Below, in pieces: positions 61,701 to 64,000 of a stretch of 64,000 bases of DNA. The DNA is taken from assembly GCF_032191835.1 (NCBI RefSeq), contig NC_083237.1, forward strand, positions 992,001 through 1,056,000, given 5' to 3'. Within the stretch, counting starts at the first letter, position 1. Each line of letters opens with the position of its first letter. Source of the DNA: Heteronotia binoei (taxonomy: Eukaryota). A program made the position numbers and the translations under genes. Below the pieces are notes generated by a model. The model had not been told where the DNA came from and did no database searches. It saw only the letters and a list, made by a program, of their open reading frames with translations.

Positions 61701-62729
61701 GTAGGTGTGCAGGGCTACCTGGGGGGGGGAGCAGCGGAGGAGTGGGGGCTCTTCAGGCATTCTAGGCTGGGGAGGAGGAGGAGAGAACGGGGCCACAGGG
61801 CTGGTGATGGCCCCACTGGTCCCCAGGGCCACAGCCTCGGCGATGCCAGACATATGTTCCCAGGCAGCTGCTGCACTGCGGGGATGGATGGAGGCAGGAA
61901 CCTCTGGGTCTCCTCGGTGACAGAGGGATGCAGACACCGCAGGTCTGTGAGCGAGAACACCCTGAAATGCAGCAGCCTTCTGCTGATGGGGAAGTCTTTT
62001 GTATTTCAGCAAGAGGAAGGAAGCAGGGACCAGCAAGGCCGGATGTGTCCAAGGGTGAGGGTGGAGGGGGGTATCGTCCTGGCCACAGGAAAGGATAAAG
62101 CCCTTCTGAGACTCCGCAGTGATGCAACAGGCTGTGCTCGGCACTGAGCTCCCCTCCTCCCAAAACGTGTGTAGAACAGTTGCCTCAGTGTCGGCTTGGG
62201 CTGCGTTGACTCACTCTGGTGGCTGCTTTCTGCTAACCCTGACAAGTGGGCGGGGTGTCCTGGGGGAGGAGCTGTTAGGTGGAAATATAGGGGCGGGGGG
62301 GAGGGGATGCAGTGAGCTTGCCCCACCCCCAAAGGAGATGGGAGGGGGGGTTCCGGGGAGTTAGTGCCCACCCCCACCCCACATCTGCCTCCCAGGTGGG
62401 TGAGGCATGTGGCGCTTTGGTGCCGTCTTGGTTCTGGTCACTTGCCAGCCTCCTGGCAGGAGAGGGATCTAGTCCCAGCATGACCTTCTGTGATCCTTGG
62501 GCAGCTCTGCTCAGGCACTGGTCACGTCCCCTGGCCTCTGGCAGCTGGGCAGCATGCTCTTGGCTTTGGTGCCCCTCCTCTCCCCTCCACAGCTGCCGAG
62601 CCCTCTCCCTTTGCTACCACCAGTGGTGTCCCCTCCTTCGTGGCTCTGTGTTTACTTGGGGGCTGTGCTCCTTGTAGAAAGGGCAGCAGGGGCTTAGAAT
62701 CGCAGAGCTGGAAGAGACCTCTGTGCTCA

Positions 62730-62830
62730 CAGAATCCTAGAGTTGGAAGGGACTTCCAGGGTCATCTAGTCCAACCCCCTGCGCAACGCAGGAAACCCAC
62801 AAACACCTCCTAGGTCATCTAGTTCACGAA
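62730..62830 (-). mobile_element. CR1 3' tail fragment
   Basis: cagaatcctagagttggaagggacttccagggtcatctagtccaaccccctgc. Confidence 0.75.
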
Positions 62831-63259
62831 ATTCACAGCTATCTCTTCCCCCATCCACATCCGAAGTGACCCTGCTGCATGCCCAAGAGAAGATGACCAC
62901 AACAACAAAAAGTCCTCCAGAATCCCTGGCCTGATCATGCTGAGGGCAGGCCAAGGAGTTACCTGGAGATGGTTTTGGGGGGGTGTTCCTGGCAGGCTGC
63001 AGGAGACCAGGGGGGAGCTGGGCTACTGGCCTCCTGACGCAGTGACTGGGGAGTGGGCGGAGGATCCCCGGCCCAGACTCTGAGCAGATTCTGCAATGTA
63101 GCCCTCCCCCCCCCCAAGTTCACAGGAAAGGCCGTTCTGCCTCTGCATATGCTGAATTCTCCCCCCCTCCCAAATCTATATACTTAATTATCTTGTGCAT
63201 TTTTACCATAGTCTTCATCCAGAGAGAGAGATCAGGGCAGCGTAAAGAGTTTTGCATTT

Positions 63260-63380
63260 CGCCCTCACAACAACCCACTGAGGTGGAGAGAGCATGAGTG
63301 GGCCAGGGTCACCCAGCGTGTTTCTGGGGCTGAGCAGGGATTCGAACCTGGCTCTCCCACATCCTAGCCTGACACTCAAA
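63260..63380 (-). mobile_element. Old MIR-like SINE
   Basis: cctcacaacaaccc...gaggt core and gggattcgaacctgg B-box reverse. Confidence 0.55.
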
Positions 63381-64000
63381 CCTTTTCACTGTCCCCCCCC
63401 CCCTTCCCGCAACAGCAGTTCCAGCTTGCCTGCCTGCAGTGGTGGGTCTGAATACCATCTTGGACTGTTTATTTTCACACTGGCTGCCGGTTCTTCCTTT
63501 TTTCTCCACCCCTCCCCCCTCCCAGTAATTTCCTTCCAAGGCTTTCTCCAACTCCTTTCTAGATGAATTGTGGGGGGGGGGGTGGAGTTTCTCTCCCTTC
63601 CCTGCCTGCTGTTTGCTGCTCAGCAGCCCCCCTGCTCTTCTCCTGAGGGGACCCCAAGTGAGTTGGGGGGAGGGGTCTTGCCACCTCCTCTAGAAGGGCA
63701 GGCCAGGCTGGCTCAAACCGCCACCCCCCCCCCCACATTCCTCCTGGGATTTGATGGGGCTATTCTTAGTGGTGTTTATGCAAGCACTGCCAGGAGCCAG
63801 GACTCAACAGCCAGTGAGGACAGGGGGTGGGTGGCAGAGGGAGGGAGGGAGGGGGAAGGCTTCCAAGAGGAAGCCCTGCCCAGGTCAGGCCTGCTGAGGG
63901 CTCTTGGCACAGCCCCGCAGCCACGGAAGAGCCAGGGAGGCTGAATTGGGCAGGGGCTGAATGGCTTGGTGAATGCCAGCCTCCAGGAGCCCGTGTGTGC

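Overview
Vertebrate genomic DNA, GC-rich and repeat-dense. The repeat content (Sauria SINE with ACCTTT tail, Bov-B/RTE, CR1, L2, Penelope, MIR-like SINEs) points to a squamate, probably a gecko; the taxon is an inference. I reconstructed five spliced protein-coding genes by hand from splice sites, phases and remembered protein homology: IRS3 (-, 2 coding exons, 647 aa, intact), a compact RHBDD1-like rhomboid protease gene (+, 3 exons, 195 aa), AGFG2 (-, 12 exons, 438 aa), NYAP1 (-, 6 coding exons, 778 aa with an NYAP2-like N-terminal extension) and the first two coding exons of TSC22D4 (+, runs off the window). The order IRS3-AGFG2-NYAP1-TSC22D4 matches human 7q22.1. The most notable feature is the rhomboid gene: it retains the Ser/His catalytic dyad, I know of no counterpart in that human interval, and it sits head-to-head with IRS3 just as RHBDD1 sits head-to-head with IRS1 on human 2q36. 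It is therefore a candidate whole-genome-duplication ohnolog of RHBDD1. The second theme is repeated conversion of retroposon pieces into tandem arrays (67, 79, ~100, 104 and 107-109 nt units), some with higher-order structure and identical junctions at independent loci. Repeat boundaries are approximate and family names were not confirmed by any search.
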